Shown here: positions 38,933 through 49,455 of the stretch, piece after piece | How the letters are laid out: each line of letters opens with the position of its first letter | Numbering within the stretch: the first letter of the stretch is position 1 | NCBI GenBank assembly: GCA_946414435.1 | Contig: CAMKOM010000001.1 | Coordinates: forward strand, 42,402-106,401 | Reading direction: 5' to 3' | DNA: 64,000 nucleotides | Source of the DNA: an uncultured Bacteroidota bacterium | Lineage (GTDB): Bacteria > Bacteroidota > Bacteroidia > Bacteroidales > SZUA-534 | The notes under the pieces: generated by a model | Databases searched by the model: none | What the model was told of the DNA's origin: nothing | Seen by the model: the letters and a program-made list of their open reading frames with translations, nothing else | Program-made: the position numbers and the translations under genes

Positions 38933-40372
38933 ATGGCTAATTTTAGTTTTGCCCTGCGCCTTGCGCTTGGCCTTTTACCAAAAACAGAAAAAATAGAAAA
39001 CGACCGCAAACAGCTTATCGATGAATACAATAAGTTGGAGGAGTTTAAGAATTCAGACACGCTGAAAACCTTCAACAAATTGCAGGAATATGTCAATTCG
39101 GCTGAATTCAAGAAGATAAAAAGCGATGTTACATCGCTCAAATACGCTGATTCTGAATATTATAAGAAGGAACAGCAATACATTGCGCTTGAGAAGGACA
39201 AACGCGTGAAGAACTATTTCAGCGTGAGCCAATCGGCCGACCTGAAACGATTTGAAGCCGCCACCAACTCTGACGCATTGAAACGCTTGAAAGAATTAGC
39301 CGAAACCGTTAACAGCGCAGATTTCCAACAAGCAAAATCGGACAAATCGAACCCCGAGAAAATGGCCGAATGCAAGAGTCTGCAGCAGGAATACAAATCA
39401 CTGACAAAGAATCCCGAGATAAAATTCTGGACAAAATATCAGAACAAATCGGCCTACAAGATGTACGTTGAGACCAGCAATTCAACACTGATTGCTGATT
39501 ACGAAGAACTTAAGGCTTATGTCAATTCTGATGAGTTCAAGACACAAAAAGAGTATCTGCTCGACAAAAACCGCTTCAGCAGAAGTGAAGAAGCCAAGCG
39601 CGAGCAAGAGTACATTACCATGAAGAACTCGGAAGAGATTAAATGGTACGAAGCAACAGTCAATTCAAACAAATTCGACGAACTGAAGGCTTGGAAACTC
39701 ACCTTTGAAGACAATTTCGACGAGGCAAAAATTGACGAGAAGAAATGGATGAACACCTTCTTCTGGGGCAAAATGATGCTCAACGACCGCTACGTGCTGG
39801 CCGGCGACAAGCAATATTACACTGACAACAAGAACGTTGACATCAAAAATTCTATTCTGAGCATCGTCACCAAAAAAGAAAAAGCCTCTGGCAAGGTTTG
39901 GGACGCAAAACACGGATTCTTCACACAAGATTTCGAGTACACATCGGGCCTGTTGAGCACAGCCAACAGCTTCCGCCAGCAATACGGACGTTTTGAAGCC
40001 AAAATAAAAATCAACGCCGAAGCACCTGTTTATCAAGCTTTCTGGCTGAAAGGCGAGAAACAGGAACCTGAAATCGACATATTCAAATACAACATCAAAA
40101 AAGGTCAGATGCAGTTGTCGGCCTACAATGGCGGCAAGGCTGCTGGTAACAAATTCGGCGGCTCGGGCTTGTCAAAAGACTTCTTCATCTACACCATCGA
40201 TTGGGATGCAAGCAAAATTAGTTGGAAGATAAATGGTTACGAAGTGGCTTCGACTAGCAACAACATCAACGAACCGTTATTCATAATGCTATCGGCCGGC
40301 TTGAACAAAGATGCCGACAACCTGCCAGCTGCAATGCAAGTTGATTGGGTACGCTGCTACGAGAAAGCATAA
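38933..40372 (+). CDS. Protein with four N-terminal ~55-aa helical repeats and a C-terminal GH16-like (concanavalin-fold) domain with a non-canonical catalytic motif
   Basis: Repeats are marked by EYVNSAEFKK, ETVNSADFQQ, AYVNSDEFKT, ATVNSNKFDE. GH16-like AFWLKGEKQEPEIDIFKYN, where ExDxxE reads EIDIFK. No obvious signal peptide. Confidence 0.6.
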   Translation: MANFSFALRLALGLLPKTEKIENDRKQLIDEYNKLEEFKNSDTLKTFNKLQEYVNSAEFKKIKSDVTSLKYADSEYYKKEQQYIALEKDKRVKNYFSVSQSADLKRFEAATNSDALKRLKELAETVNSADFQQAKSDKSNPEKMAECKSLQQEYKSLTKNPEIKFWTKYQNKSAYKMYVETSNSTLIADYEELKAYVNSDEFKTQKEYLLDKNRFSRSEEAKREQEYITMKNSEEIKWYEATVNSNKFDELKAWKLTFEDNFDEAKIDEKKWMNTFFWGKMMLNDRYVLAGDKQYYTDNKNVDIKNSILSIVTKKEKASGKVWDAKHGFFTQDFEYTSGLLSTANSFRQQYGRFEAKIKINAEAPVYQAFWLKGEKQEPEIDIFKYNIKKGQMQLSAYNGGKAAGNKFGGSGLSKDFFIYTIDWDASKISWKINGYEVASTSNNINEPLFIMLSAGLNKDADNLPAAMQVDWVRCYEKA

Positions 40373-40471
40373 AATCAAAAAGATACCGACAAAGAAGGCT
40401 GCCGCAAGCGGCCTTTTTTGTTAGATTTACCCACAAAACACACTAAAAACACGGAAATAAATATTTTTAAT

Positions 40472-41449
40472 ATGTATACAAAAGAGTCGCTGAGAATAGT
40501 TTTTATGGGCACGCCCGATTTTGCGGTCGAGAGTCTGAAAGCGCTGATTGACAACGGGTATAACGTTGTTGGTGTGGTGACAACACCCGACAAACCCGCT
40601 GGCCGCGGACAGAAAATGAGCGAGAGCGCTGTGAAGCAATTTGCCGTAAGCAAATGTCTGCCCGTTCTGCAACCCGAAAAACTGAAAGATGAAGGTTTTC
40701 AGTCGGCTCTGCGTGGCTGGAAGGCCGACTTGCAAGTTATTGTGGCGTTCCGTATGCTGCCCGAAAGTGTATGGAGTATGCCACCGCTAGGCTCTATCAA
40801 CGTACACGCTTCGCTGTTGCCAAACTATCGCGGCGCAGCGCCCATAAACCGCGCCATTATGAACGGCGAGACCGAAACGGGCGTTACCACTTTTCTGCTG
40901 AAGCACGAGATTGACACAGGCGACATTCTGCAATACGAGAAAATAAGCATCGGACCTGATGACAACGTGGGCACCATCCACGACCGCCTGATGGTGGTAG
41001 GCGCGCAACTGCTGATTCGCACCGTTGAAGCCATCTGCGCAGGCAACACCAAAGGCACACCACAAAGCGAACTGATGCCTGCCGACGGCATTCTGAAAAG
41101 CGCCCCGAAAATCTTCAAAGACGACTGCCGCATCGACTGGAACGCCAAACCTGCCACCATTATCAACCAAATACGCGGGCTAAGCCCCTATCCTGCCGCC
41201 TTCAGCAATCTGCAGAAAGACAACGAAGAACCGCTGCCAATGAAAATCTTCAGCGGGAAATACGAGTCTTGCGCTCACAATCAGCAGTTTGGCAAGGTTG
41301 CGACCGATGGCAAATCATATTTGAAAGTGTACATCAGTGGCGGCACAATCGCGCTCGGCGATGTCCAACTGGCTGGCAAAAAACGTATGCCTGTGGCGGA
41401 TTTCCTGCGGGGATTCAAGACGGAAGGCTGCGAGTTGCGGTTTGTTTAG
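40472..41449 (+). CDS. fmt: Methionyl-tRNA formyltransferase
   Basis: Start at ATG 40472. RIVFMGTPDFAV, HASLLPNYRGAAPI, and a C-terminal Fmt domain. Confidence 0.9.
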   Translation: MYTKESLRIVFMGTPDFAVESLKALIDNGYNVVGVVTTPDKPAGRGQKMSESAVKQFAVSKCLPVLQPEKLKDEGFQSALRGWKADLQVIVAFRMLPESVWSMPPLGSINVHASLLPNYRGAAPINRAIMNGETETGVTTFLLKHEIDTGDILQYEKISIGPDDNVGTIHDRLMVVGAQLLIRTVEAICAGNTKGTPQSELMPADGILKSAPKIFKDDCRIDWNAKPATIINQIRGLSPYPAAFSNLQKDNEEPLPMKIFSGKYESCAHNQQFGKVATDGKSYLKVYISGGTIALGDVQLAGKKRMPVADFLRGFKTEGCELRFV

Positions 41450-41587
41450 GGACTCTGATTCATTTCGCACAGACGACACTGATTACACTGCAATAACGGT
41501 TTTTACCACGGAACACTCTAAAAACACGAAAGACGCAATTGAAATTTCTGAAAAAAAGCGAAACGACCTAAAAGTTGCCTCGCCAAA

Positions 41588-42037
41588 CTATTTATTTACA
41601 TCCAAGCACTCCTTTTTAACGAATATATATGAGTACAAATCGCAGCAAGGGTCGGCCAAAACCAAATTTTCAGAATCAATTTGTAAGACCGTTTTAGGAA
41701 AATTTGTTGGCAATGGCACTATAGGCAAATATTTTGTGCTATCCACATTGAAATAATACCATATATCGTTACGCGAATCGATTTCGGTTTTAATAGTGCC
41801 AATTGCAAGTATGGCAGTATCATTTGAAAAGCAAAACTCGCCGTTCAGTTTGATACTTAGGTATTTAAAATAACTCGAAACAATTGCTCGGCCTGTAATT
41901 CCACCAGAAATGCTAACTATTTCCCAATCTCCCGCTATCTCAATGGCAGACTCTGGTGTCGAAGAATTTCCTTCATGCTTTTCACACGAGAGCAAACCGA
42001 CAAACAAGACCACACAAAGCAAGTTCATAGCTTTCAT
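41588..42037 (-). CDS. Small lipoprotein of unknown function
   Basis: Lipobox VGLLSCEKHEG. AT-rich gene. Confidence 0.55.
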   Translation of the reverse strand: MKAMNLLCVVLFVGLLSCEKHEGNSSTPESAIEIAGDWEIVSISGGITGRAIVSSYFKYLSIKLNGEFCFSNDTAILAIGTIKTEIDSRNDIWYYFNVDSTKYLPIVPLPTNFPKTVLQIDSENLVLADPCCDLYSYIFVKKECLDVNK

Positions 42038-42062
42038 AATTCTTCTATTTTACAACAAAACC

Positions 42063-43019
42063 TTATTTCTTCTTCGCCTTCTTCCTCAACTGGATTGTGT
42101 CGCCCTCGTTAGGCTGCGAGCCTTCATCCATCAAGTTTAGTTTGTAGAGCGCCTTCAGGCGGATGGCGTACTGCTGGGCAATGTCGTGCATTGTCTCGCC
42201 CCTCTTCACTGTGTGAGTCTTATATTGCTTCTCGGCTTTCGATTGTTTGCGGCTGATATACAGGCGCTGCCCAACCTTCAGTTTTGCATTGGCATCGAGT
42301 TCGTTGAACATTCGTAACTGCCACGGCTCCAACTCGTAACGGGTGGCTACTTTATCAATATTATCGCCCGGCAGAGCCTCAACATAATCGGTGCGGTTGT
42401 TGGTTTTGATGTTACCGAACGGCGAAATCTCCATATCGTTCACATCAACCTCAATGAAGTTGTTGGTTTTGACGGCAATCTCCGTCTGCTTTTCGGGCGT
42501 TGTGGCCGGCTGCACGCTCTTGTCGAAGCGGTGCAGGTTGTTCTGTTCAATAATTTGTATCAGGCGGTCAGCGTAGGTTTTGCTTGTGGCATAACCTGCT
42601 TGTTTCAAGCCTTTTGCCCAACTTTTATAGTCGGTGGTGCCATATTTGAACAGGAACGCGTAACGCTGATGCGTGCAAAGAAACTCCGAGTGGTCGATAA
42701 ACGACTGATTTGCATCTTTGTACGAGCGGAAGCACTCGTTTGGGCGGTCATCGTCGTGGTACATCGACTCGCCTTTCCAATCCTTGTGGCACTTGATGCC
42801 GAAGTGGTTGTTGGCTTTTCGCGCCAGCGAGCTGTTGCCGTCGCCCGACTCCAGAATGCCCTGCGCCAGCGTGATGCTTGCCGGAATGCCCACGCGGTTC
42901 ATCTCCTGAACGGCAATCTTGCTATACTTGTTGATATATTGTTCGCGCGTAATACGCTGAGCCACAACCGTTTGTTGCTGCAAAACCAGTCCAACGACTG
43001 CTAATAAGAACTTCCGCAT
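42063..43019 (-). CDS. Peptidoglycan hydrolase: N-acetylglucosaminidase (GH73-like) with LysM domains
   Basis: Start moved to MRKFLLAVVGLVL (43019). Glucosaminidase context ITLAQGILESGDGNSSLARKANNHFGIK. Two LysM-like units near the C-terminus. Confidence 0.8.
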   Translation of the reverse strand: MRKFLLAVVGLVLQQQTVVAQRITREQYINKYSKIAVQEMNRVGIPASITLAQGILESGDGNSSLARKANNHFGIKCHKDWKGESMYHDDDRPNECFRSYKDANQSFIDHSEFLCTHQRYAFLFKYGTTDYKSWAKGLKQAGYATSKTYADRLIQIIEQNNLHRFDKSVQPATTPEKQTEIAVKTNNFIEVDVNDMEISPFGNIKTNNRTDYVEALPGDNIDKVATRYELEPWQLRMFNELDANAKLKVGQRLYISRKQSKAEKQYKTHTVKRGETMHDIAQQYAIRLKALYKLNLMDEGSQPNEGDTIQLRKKAKKK

Positions 43020-43191
43020 TTTCAATTTCGATTTAGGCAAATGTAGCCATAACTTTTCACTTTTGCACCGCCTCCGAGCCAAACTATTAACACAGACACT
43101 GTTACTAACCTAATGACTTCCGTGTAGTAAACAAAAAAGGGTGCGCCTTTCAGCAACACCCTCCCCTATGAAAACAAATTTTTACAACCTA

Positions 43192-44817
43192 TCAATTGTA
43201 CAAATAGCGTTTGATGCTCTTTTTCGGGGTTTTAACAAACTCCTCTTCCTGCAATTCGATTTTTGCAATTGCCATATAGTTGGGCATCAATTTGTTAAGC
43301 TCTTTTTGGTTCTTCTCGAACTCCACCATAATCTTCTCCCTGTCGAGACCGTCTTTTTCGGCTTTCTCCTTGTCGGGAACAATGAGAGCGTGAAGCTTGC
43401 CACCACGTTCAACAACGAGCGACTCAACCACGTATGGCAAGTTATTGATTTGAGCCTCAATCTCTTCCGGATAGATATTCTGTCCAGAAGCACCAAGGAT
43501 CATATTCTTGCTGCGGCCCTTCAATGTCAGATAGCCGTCGGCAGTGATAGTGCCGGTATCGCCAGTCTTCAGCCAGCCTTCGCTGTCGAATGTAGCTGCC
43601 GTGGCCTCCGGATTTTTGTAATATCCTTTCATCACCTGAGTACCTTTCACAAGCACCTCACCCTCAATGTTTGCCGGGTCGGGGCTGTCGATGCGCACTT
43701 GGCAACGGCGAATCGGGTAACCGCAGCTGAACTTGCGGGCGGTATCCCACGGAGCGTAAGTTATGATTGGCGCGCACTCGGTCATTCCGTAGCCAACCGT
43801 GTAGCGGAAGCCGATGCGGTTCAGGAAGCTCTCAACCTCTTTGTTCAGAGCGGCACCGCCAATGATAACCTCGTAAAAATTGCCACCAAATGCGTCCTCA
43901 AGTTCTTTGCGAACCTTGCTGTAAACAATTCGGCGTAAGCCAGGAACACTCAGCAGGAATTTAGGCAGACCGCTGCTGATGGCTGGTTTTATTTTTGCCT
44001 TGTAAATCTTTTCGATAATCAACGGAACAACCACAACCAAACCCGGTTTGATTTCGCCAAAAGCCTGAAGAAGAACCTGCGGCGAAGGAATCTTGCCCAA
44101 GAAAGTGATGTGGCAGCCAAGCGAGAACTCAGTCAGAAACTCGAATGCCATTCCGTAGGCGTGAGCCAAAGGCAGAAGCGAAACCATGCGGTCTCCCGAT
44201 TTGAGTGGAATTACCTCCGTGCCAAACTCAACGTTTGTGGCGTAGTTGCCATGTGTCAGCATAACGCCTTTTGAGTGCCCAGAAGTACCTGATGTATAGC
44301 TAATTGCAGCCAAACGATCGTGATCGATGTGCTTCAAAGCGAAATTCTCGCGGTTGACATTAATATCGTTTTTATAATTGGCAAATGCTTGATTTACTTT
44401 TTCGTCGGTTGAGTATAGAACTCTGTAATCATCAAGCGAGATGAAACCTCGGACGTTCGGGAATTTGGCAACATCCATCTTCTCGAAAATGTAGTCGGAA
44501 ACAAACACCAGCACCGCATCAGAGTGGTTGATGGTGTTTTCAAGGTCTGAAATTGAGAAATCCTGCAGAATTGGAACTGAAACCGTGCCGTAAGATGTTG
44601 TGGCAAGGAACGTTACGGCCCAGTTGACATTGTTGCGGCCGACCTGGACAACCTTTTCCTCTTCGGCTATTCCACACTCGGCAAGCGCGCGATGAATCTT
44701 TTTAATCATCTTGCCTGTTTGTCCGTAACTCATTGGTGTTTCGCGATAATTGCTCAAAGCCGGAAGATCCCAATTTCTTTTGATTGCTCTCTCGATGAAT
44801 TCGACGAATGTTAACAT
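43192..44817 (-). CDS. AMP-dependent synthetase/ligase (long-chain fatty acyl-CoA ligase-like)
   Basis: AMP-binding motifs ISYTSGTSGHSKGVMLTH, GYGMTE, WLKTGDTG. Confidence 0.8.
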   Translation of the reverse strand: MLTFVEFIERAIKRNWDLPALSNYRETPMSYGQTGKMIKKIHRALAECGIAEEEKVVQVGRNNVNWAVTFLATTSYGTVSVPILQDFSISDLENTINHSDAVLVFVSDYIFEKMDVAKFPNVRGFISLDDYRVLYSTDEKVNQAFANYKNDINVNRENFALKHIDHDRLAAISYTSGTSGHSKGVMLTHGNYATNVEFGTEVIPLKSGDRMVSLLPLAHAYGMAFEFLTEFSLGCHITFLGKIPSPQVLLQAFGEIKPGLVVVVPLIIEKIYKAKIKPAISSGLPKFLLSVPGLRRIVYSKVRKELEDAFGGNFYEVIIGGAALNKEVESFLNRIGFRYTVGYGMTECAPIITYAPWDTARKFSCGYPIRRCQVRIDSPDPANIEGEVLVKGTQVMKGYYKNPEATAATFDSEGWLKTGDTGTITADGYLTLKGRSKNMILGASGQNIYPEEIEAQINNLPYVVESLVVERGGKLHALIVPDKEKAEKDGLDREKIMVEFEKNQKELNKLMPNYMAIAKIELQEEEFVKTPKKSIKRYLYN

Positions 44818-45057
44818 ATATAATCATTTATACACTGCCATACCAATCGCAAAAAGCGTACCAAACAACAATCAAACGAAATTTTATTTTGTTATGGTGA
44901 TGATTTTCAATCAGAATCTATGAATATATAACGTGGGTTAAACAATTCACCCCTTTTCCCCTACTCGTTGGCAAATATTGTCGATTTATCGATTTTAAGA
45001 ATCGACATAAATAATATGTAGATACTTTGGCGGTTGGAATCAAAAAACAAACGAGAT

Positions 45058-46470
45058 ATGAACACTAAAAATGTCATTTTAGCTTGCGCGATTGCCCTTT
45101 CGGCGACATCGTGCAGCAACAGTGTAAATCCGACATCTGACCCGGCCACAAAACCGCAACCCGGACAAACCCGCAACCTACTGCGCGAAGCCGGTTACTC
45201 GCAAGAACAAATCGACGCTAAACTGAACGAAACATTCTACAATGTTTTCGAAGGCCCCAACAAGGTTTATTTCGAAGTTGGCGACTCGATGGCTTACATA
45301 TCTGACGTGAAAAACCACGATGTCCGCACCGAAGGTATGAGCTACGGAATGATGATTGCCGTACAATGGAACAAACAAGATATGTTCAACCGTCTGTGGC
45401 GTTGGTCGCAGAAATATATGCAGCATCAAGGCGGACCGCGCGACGGCTATTTCGCTTGGAGTTGCAAGGTTACTGGCGAGCAGAACTCACCCGGCTCGGC
45501 ATCAGACGGCGAGCTTTACTTCGTCACTTCGCTCATTTTGGCGTCAAACCTATGGGGTAACGATGGCGACATCAATTATCTAGCTGAAGCACAACGCATT
45601 CTGAATGCGATGTTCGCCAAAAAAGGCTACAAAGACAATCCGATGGGATTTGGCCCGTTTGGTGGACAACGCCCGCCGCAGCAGAAACCTGACGGCAAGC
45701 CGAGCGAAGCTCCGAAAGCCGCTCAAGGCGGAGCTCCGCAGATGCCAGCTTTCCGTCCGGGTATGAAGTTCCCGGAGCCTGAGATTCTGAACATCATCAA
45801 CACGCAAGAGAAACTCATCACCTTTGTGCCCGACGGCTTTGGCGCACGCTACACCGACCCGTCGTACCACATTCCGGCATTCTACGAGATTTGGGCGAAA
45901 TATGCCGAAGACGGTCGTGCCGATTTCTATCTGGAATGCGCACAGAAATCGCGTGAGTATCTGCACCGTGCGTGCGACTCAATTACCGGATTGAACCCCG
46001 ATTACTCGAACTACGACGGCTCGGTTATGACCCCGCCGCGTGGCGACTGGGGCGCAAAATTCCGCTTCGACTCGTGGCGCGTGCCAATGAACATCGCTCT
46101 CGACTACACTTGGAGCGGCGCCGATGCCGACTGGCAGTTTGACTACGGCTACCGTCTGCAGACATTCTTCCGCAGCCAGGGCGTGAGCACCTTTGTTGAC
46201 CAGTACAATCTGGACGGCACACCGGTTGAGAACATCGCAGAAGCTGGCGGATACAAGGCTTTGCGCCACTCTATCGGCCTTGTGGGCACGGTTGCCGCAG
46301 TATCGCTCACCCAGCCGTTGCGCAACAGCCGCGACTTCATCAATGAGTTCTGGAACTCGAAACATGAGCCTTATGAAGACGGCTATTTCGATGCTTACTA
46401 CGACGGTCTGCTCAACCTGTTTGCTTTGATGCACCTGAGCGGGCGTTACACACCGATTGAGAAGAAATAA
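45058..46470 (+). CDS. GH8 glycoside hydrolase (reducing-end xylose-releasing exo-oligoxylanase-like), lipoprotein
   Basis: Start at MNTKNVILACAIALSATSCSN. GH8-like TEGMSYGMMIAVQW and FDSWRVPMNIALDY. Confidence 0.7.
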   Translation: MNTKNVILACAIALSATSCSNSVNPTSDPATKPQPGQTRNLLREAGYSQEQIDAKLNETFYNVFEGPNKVYFEVGDSMAYISDVKNHDVRTEGMSYGMMIAVQWNKQDMFNRLWRWSQKYMQHQGGPRDGYFAWSCKVTGEQNSPGSASDGELYFVTSLILASNLWGNDGDINYLAEAQRILNAMFAKKGYKDNPMGFGPFGGQRPPQQKPDGKPSEAPKAAQGGAPQMPAFRPGMKFPEPEILNIINTQEKLITFVPDGFGARYTDPSYHIPAFYEIWAKYAEDGRADFYLECAQKSREYLHRACDSITGLNPDYSNYDGSVMTPPRGDWGAKFRFDSWRVPMNIALDYTWSGADADWQFDYGYRLQTFFRSQGVSTFVDQYNLDGTPVENIAEAGGYKALRHSIGLVGTVAAVSLTQPLRNSRDFINEFWNSKHEPYEDGYFDAYYDGLLNLFALMHLSGRYTPIEKK

Positions 46471-46484
46471 GAAATAAGAAATAA
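46464..46484. repeat. 7-bp tandem repeat GAAATAA x3 overlapping the stop codon
   Basis: Read directly. Confidence 0.9.
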
Positions 46485-46511
46485 ATAGATAGTCAGCCAA
46501 TTACAATGCAG

Positions 46512-46546
46512 AGCCATCAGAAATTGATGGCTTTGCTTGTTTTTGC
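46512..46546 (+). terminator. Rho-independent terminator
   Basis: AGCCATCA-GAAAT-TGATGGCT followed by TTGCTTGTTTTTG. Confidence 0.7.
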
Positions 46547-46717
46547 CAAATTCCCGTTGCTTATCCCAAGATTCTAAATTCGAATCACAATTGACAACGT
46601 GCTTCTCATATTTGACTATCAATCAATTATTATTGATGACCGATTAGTGTTTAGAACAGAATCTGCCTATTTTTGAATGCGATTTTTTATCGCCACAAAC
46701 AGTTAAATATCAATAAG

Positions 46718-47620
46718 ATGACAAAACGCTTTTTGACAATTGCACTAATTTCTCTTTCGATGAGTGCATTTGCACAACAGGAAATCAGACTATATGAAGG
46801 TGCTGCACCAGGCAGCGAAAATGTCGAAAACAAAGAGAAGGCGCTGCATGATGCAAACGGCCAGATTCAAACCATTTACGGCGTTGTTGAACCAACAATC
46901 ACTGTTTATCTGCCAGAAACAAGCAAATCGAAAAGCAGCACGGCAGTTATTCTCTGCTCAGGCGGCGGACTGTCAGCTCACTCGTGGGGCGACAACGTGA
47001 TTAATATGGCCGAATGGCTCAATAAGCGCGGAATTGCTGCCATAGGGCTCAAATATCGAACCCGTATTTCCAACGGTCCCCGTCCGAAATTTGACCCATC
47101 GAAAATGCTTAATGTTGACATCACCAATTTCGACAAACTGGTGAAATCTAATACTAATCCCGATCTGACTGGTGCCGATGACACAAATATCAACAATGCC
47201 ATTGCTGATGCCCTGCGAGCAATGGAAATCATCAAGCAGCATGCTGGTGAATGGAATATTGATACAACCAAAATCGGTTATCTGGGTTTTTCAGCTGGTG
47301 GCGGTGTAGCCATCGGAGCAACTGTTCGTGCCGATAATATGCACAGACCGGCATTCCTAGCCACAATTTTCGGTCCGTCTCTCACTGATGTTGATGTACC
47401 AGAAAATGCGCCAAACTTGTTTATCGCCACTCGTGGCAACCACCAAAACGTGGCAGCAGGACTTCTTTCGCTCTACCTTGATTGGAAAAAAGCTGGCGCT
47501 AACGCCGAACTGCACATTTACGATGATGGTTACGGTCCGTTTGGGCCGAACGACATAGGAAACACTAGCGGTACTTGGCGCGAGAGTTTCTACCGATGGC
47601 TGACTTTCAACAAATTTTAA
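46718..47620 (+). CDS. Secreted alpha/beta-hydrolase esterase (xylan-associated esterase candidate)
   Basis: Start at MTKRFLTIALISLSMSAFAQ. Nucleophile elbow GFSAGG. Confidence 0.7.
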   Translation: MTKRFLTIALISLSMSAFAQQEIRLYEGAAPGSENVENKEKALHDANGQIQTIYGVVEPTITVYLPETSKSKSSTAVILCSGGGLSAHSWGDNVINMAEWLNKRGIAAIGLKYRTRISNGPRPKFDPSKMLNVDITNFDKLVKSNTNPDLTGADDTNINNAIADALRAMEIIKQHAGEWNIDTTKIGYLGFSAGGGVAIGATVRADNMHRPAFLATIFGPSLTDVDVPENAPNLFIATRGNHQNVAAGLLSLYLDWKKAGANAELHIYDDGYGPFGPNDIGNTSGTWRESFYRWLTFNKF

Positions 47621-47677
47621 TAGTCAGCAACCAAATTGCAACTGACTGAAATAACAATTAATTTGATATTACAAAAG

Positions 47678-47725
47678 AACCCGTTGGCTGCATAGCTTGC
47701 TCCACCAACGGGTTTCACTTTTTAT
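47678..47725. terminator. Bidirectional Rho-independent terminator
   Basis: AACCCGTTGG-N17-CCAACGGGTT, flanked by CAAAAG upstream and TCACTTTTTAT downstream, between convergent genes. Confidence 0.7.
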
Positions 47726-47740
47726 ATCAGACTTCGTAAG

Positions 47741-49297
47741 TTATTTTGTCACCCTTTCGAGCCACTTGACCATACCGAACATTACGGCCATCGATACAAA
47801 GCAGACAACAAAGAACACCGTCCAGCATTGCCAGATTGGGATTTTGTTATACATAAGCGGGCCAATCCACAGGAACCCGTTGCCCACGGCCGTGGCGCCC
47901 AACCACAATCCCTGACATAGCCCCAACAGATTTTTCGGCGCAACCTTCGACACAAAACTCAATCCCAGCGGACTAATAAACAGTTCGGCCACTGTCATAA
48001 AGAAATAATAGATTATCAGCACCACTGGCCCGGATTTCAGTCCTTCGGCGGTTGCCGCGTCAAGCGCACGGAAATCAGTTGCCGACGGATAGCCGTGATT
48101 GAAGCAGAAAATGCTCATAAACAGATATGCCACACCCGCTATTCCCATACCGATAGCTATCTTTTTAGGTGTCGAGAAACGACGTCCCCACGATGTTCCG
48201 AACAGCCACATCATCGGGAATGTAAGTACAATTACAAAGAACGGATTGATGGATTGCCAGATTTCCGGTGCTATGGACGATGTGATGACAAAATCGCGGG
48301 CAAAAAGCGACATTGATGTGCCGTTCTGATGGAACGACCACCAGAAGAACACCGCTATCACCAACACGGCGAACAAAGCATAGATACGCTGACGGATTTC
48401 GGTTGCCATGGCCCGTTTCTCTTCGGCCGTGTAGCTCACACTCTCCTGCACCGCTTTTTTTGCAGGTGTGGGGAATTTGCTTTTGGTTAGTATAAAAATG
48501 GTCAGCGATATGAGCATGGCCACCACCGACGCAATAAATGAATAGTGAACGCCGGTGTTGAACACTTCAAGGTAATTCTGACAGAAAGCCGCCAAATCGG
48601 TCGGCTGCACCGATGACACAATGGCTATCAGTTCGTTCATTTTTGCCAGAGCTTCGGGCGCCATGGCCGCACCTGCAGCAATATACTGATGGCACAATGC
48701 CGGCAGGTCGGCGTTGTAAGTCAAGCCGTTGGTATTCAGCCACCAACTGCGAAGCAACGGCGCCACAAACGGTGCAATCAGTCCACCAACGTTGATGAAC
48801 ATGTAGAATATCTGGAAACCAGGATCACGGCGGCTCTTGGCCATAGCCAGAGCTTCTTCGCCTTGCTTGGCAGCTTCGGCTTCAAAGTTATCGTACATCT
48901 GCCCCACAATGGCCTGCAGGTTGCCCTTGAACAAACCGTTGCCAAACGCTATCATAAACAGAGCCACACATGTGAGCGGCAGCAACCACCCGATGTTGCC
49001 GGCCGTGGACAGAATAGGTATCGACAGAATAACGTAACCGCAGGCCATCACCAACAAACCCGATTGTATTGTGGCCTTGTAGTTCTGCGTACGGTCGGCA
49101 ATGATTCCGCCCACCAGACTCAATATGTATATTCCCATGTAAAATATTGAATAAATGGCAGTTGCCTTCTCTTCGGGCAAGCCGAATTTCGAACAAAGGA
49201 ACAACACTAACACGGCATTCATAATATAGTAGCCAAAGCGCTCTCCCATATTACTCAAGGCTGCCGCCAAAAGCCCCTTCGGATGATTTTTGAACAT
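47741..49297 (-). CDS. Proton-dependent oligopeptide transporter (POT/PTR2 family, MFS)
   Basis: GERFGYYIM motif near the N-terminus. About 14 TM segments. Confidence 0.85.
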   Translation of the reverse strand: MFKNHPKGLLAAALSNMGERFGYYIMNAVLVLFLCSKFGLPEEKATAIYSIFYMGIYILSLVGGIIADRTQNYKATIQSGLLVMACGYVILSIPILSTAGNIGWLLPLTCVALFMIAFGNGLFKGNLQAIVGQMYDNFEAEAAKQGEEALAMAKSRRDPGFQIFYMFINVGGLIAPFVAPLLRSWWLNTNGLTYNADLPALCHQYIAAGAAMAPEALAKMNELIAIVSSVQPTDLAAFCQNYLEVFNTGVHYSFIASVVAMLISLTIFILTKSKFPTPAKKAVQESVSYTAEEKRAMATEIRQRIYALFAVLVIAVFFWWSFHQNGTSMSLFARDFVITSSIAPEIWQSINPFFVIVLTFPMMWLFGTSWGRRFSTPKKIAIGMGIAGVAYLFMSIFCFNHGYPSATDFRALDAATAEGLKSGPVVLIIYYFFMTVAELFISPLGLSFVSKVAPKNLLGLCQGLWLGATAVGNGFLWIGPLMYNKIPIWQCWTVFFVVCFVSMAVMFGMVKWLERVTK

Positions 49298-49455
49298 TTT
49301 ATTATGTGTTTTTTAGTTTTTCATACGATCTTGGCAAAGATAAGAGCATTTTGCTAAGTTATAACCTATTCATTTTCCACCTTTCAACTTTACTTGTTGA
49401 TAAATTGCTGTCGGCAATCAACTTGCACCGATTACCTTTGCCAAAAACAACAGAT

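Noticed and set aside
44985-45012. Inverted/direct repeat GTCGATTTATCGATTTTAAGAATCGAC upstream of the GH8 gene as an operator
   Set aside because: It is a plausible regulator-binding site, but there is a single occurrence, no adjacent regulator gene and no second copy near the other xylan genes. The support is insufficient.
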